This document shows positions 62,850 to 64,000 of a stretch of 64,000 bases of DNA, in pieces. The stretch's first letter is position 1. Every line of letters starts with the position of its first letter. The DNA is from an uncultured bacterium (GTDB taxonomy: Bacteria; Chlamydiota; Chlamydiia; Chlamydiales; SM23-39), in contig CAZXLK010000001.1 of NCBI GenBank assembly GCA_964641775.1, positions 144 through 64,143 of the forward strand, read 5' to 3'. The notes beneath the pieces were generated by a model. The model did no database searches. It worked only from the letters and a program-made list of their open reading frames with translations, and was not told the DNA's origin. A program made the position numbers and the translations under genes.

Positions 62850-63424
62850 GTAGCACCTATGAGATAAACGATCGCAAACATAAAGATCCAAATGAAATAG
62901 GAATAAAACCAAAAAAGCTTTAAGCAGTTTAACCGTCTAATGGTCATGGGGATGAGACCCCACTTAAAGGCTTGATAAAGAAAAATCACAATGAAAAGAA
63001 GGCCAAAAACAATGTGGAGGGCATGAGTTCCAATTAAAGTAAAATAAGATGCTGTAAATGCATTTCTTTGCCAGCCGTTTCCGCTTGCAATAAGATTGCT
63101 AAAATCCTTACACACAAAGATTAAGAAAATAATCCCAAGAAAAAAGGTAGCCCCAAACCACCCGGCCATTTGTTTCGTCTGGGAATAGCTCATGGCAATG
63201 CCTGCAGTTAAAGAGCTTGCAAGAAGGACAATTGTTTCCCATAGAGCAAAACGGATGCTCAAAAGCTCCTCTGCACCGGGGCCCCCAAAGGTGCTATTAT
63301 GCAAGACGGCGTATGTGGCAAATAGCGTTGCGAACATGATGCTATCTGTCATGAGATAGACCCAAAATCCAAATGTGGTATTTGCATTTACGTCGTGATG
63401 GGTATCCGGGTAGCTTTCATGCAT
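62846..63424 (-). CDS. cyoC: cytochrome o-type quinol oxidase subunit III (second operon)
   Basis: Contains MHESYPDTHHDV..FGFWVYLMTDSIMFATLFATY and TLIGTHALHIV. Confidence 0.85.
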   Translation of the reverse strand: MHESYPDTHHDVNANTTFGFWVYLMTDSIMFATLFATYAVLHNSTFGGPGAEELLSIRFALWETIVLLASSLTAGIAMSYSQTKQMAGWFGATFFLGIIFLIFVCKDFSNLIASGNGWQRNAFTASYFTLIGTHALHIVFGLLFIVIFLYQAFKWGLIPMTIRRLNCLKLFWFYSYFIWIFMFAIVYLIGAT

Positions 63425-64000
63425 TTTCAATTCTCTCAATTTCTTCTTCTTGGATATAGGTTTCCGTTGTTTTTTCAAAAAGACGCAAAATGACTGAGGC
63501 AAGTATTCCAAATGCAGATACAATGGCAAGCCACCACATATACCAAATCAACCCAAATCCAAAGAAAAAACTAAAAACTCCAATATAGATTCCATGAGCT
63601 GAATTTTTAGGCATATGGATGGGAACATACCCCACCATCTCTTCCCTTTTTTCTTTTTTCATTGCCCAAAAGTCATCTCGGGCATGCACTTCAGGCAAGA
63701 TGGCAAAATTATAAATGGGAGGTGGCGATTTGGTCATCCATTCCAGGGTTCTTCCATTCCAAGGATCCCCTGTAAGATCTCGGTTTTCATTTCGCAGTTT
63801 AATGCTCTTCAAAAGCTGATAGATTTGAAAAAAGATCCCCAGGCTAATAATGAGCGCTCCAACCGCTGCAACCACAAATAAGGGCCACCATCCGGTTGCA
63901 GCCTCATAGTGATCCAATCGCCTCGTTGCCCCCATGAGTCCCAAAATATAGAGCGGAATGAACGCAAGCAAAAAACCAAAGATCCATAAAAAGGCAGCGA
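63417..64000 (-). CDS. cyoB: cytochrome o-type quinol oxidase subunit I, C-terminal part (runs off the right edge)
   Basis: FIPLYILGLMGATRRLDHY..GDPWNGRTLEWMTKSPPPIYNF aligns with the C-terminus of the first cyoB. The reading frame stays open to the window end. Confidence 0.85.
   Translation of the reverse strand, partial: AAFLWIFGFLLAFIPLYILGLMGATRRLDHYEAATGWWPLFVVAAVGALIISLGIFFQIYQLLKSIKLRNENRDLTGDPWNGRTLEWMTKSPPPIYNFAILPEVHARDDFWAMKKEKREEMVGYVPIHMPKNSAHGIYIGVFSFFFGFGLIWYMWWLAIVSAFGILASVILRLFEKTTETYIQEEEIERIENA

Overview
The window is a moderately AT-rich bacterial chromosome segment. Its gene content points to an environmental Chlamydiae (Parachlamydiaceae-like) genome, which is an inference from content rather than a database match. 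The chlamydia-type markers are an OmcA-like cysteine-rich lipoprotein, Inc-like proteins with bilobed hydrophobic domains, tandem SET-domain proteins and a tiny histone-like basic protein. Housekeeping genes include adk, rarA, smpB, dnaN-recF, prfC, rlmB and tsaC-like. Central metabolism is represented by a fused-type aconitase, a DASS dicarboxylate transporter, isocitrate lyase and two divergent cyo-type quinol oxidase operons.

Several accessory regions interrupt this core:
- (i) At 41-51 kb there is a paralog-expanded array of methyltransferase and glycosyltransferase domain genes with a TPR-GT9 partner. I consider it the best candidate for an undescribed glycosylation system.
- (ii) A palindromic element carries a GxxExxY gene at 55.7-56.6 kb, with an internally deleted MITE-like derivative at 40.6-41.0 kb.
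- (iii) A REP-like palindromic repeat family sits at gene ends, and a 46-bp hairpin tandem repeat lies in front of the aconitase gene.
- (iv) A cassette of type III PKS, His-rich membrane protein and UbiG-like methyltransferase lies at the left edge.
- (v) A RuBisCO-like protein gene sits next to an operon of arginase, ornithine cyclodeaminase and an APC permease.
- (vi) An SH2-like small protein and a block of signal-peptide proteins, including a CBM2-Fn3-Fn3-GH18 chitinase, are also present.

I recognised no rRNA, tRNA, CRISPR array, transposase or prophage. All calls rest on reading motifs in the supplied translations and sequence. No searches were run.
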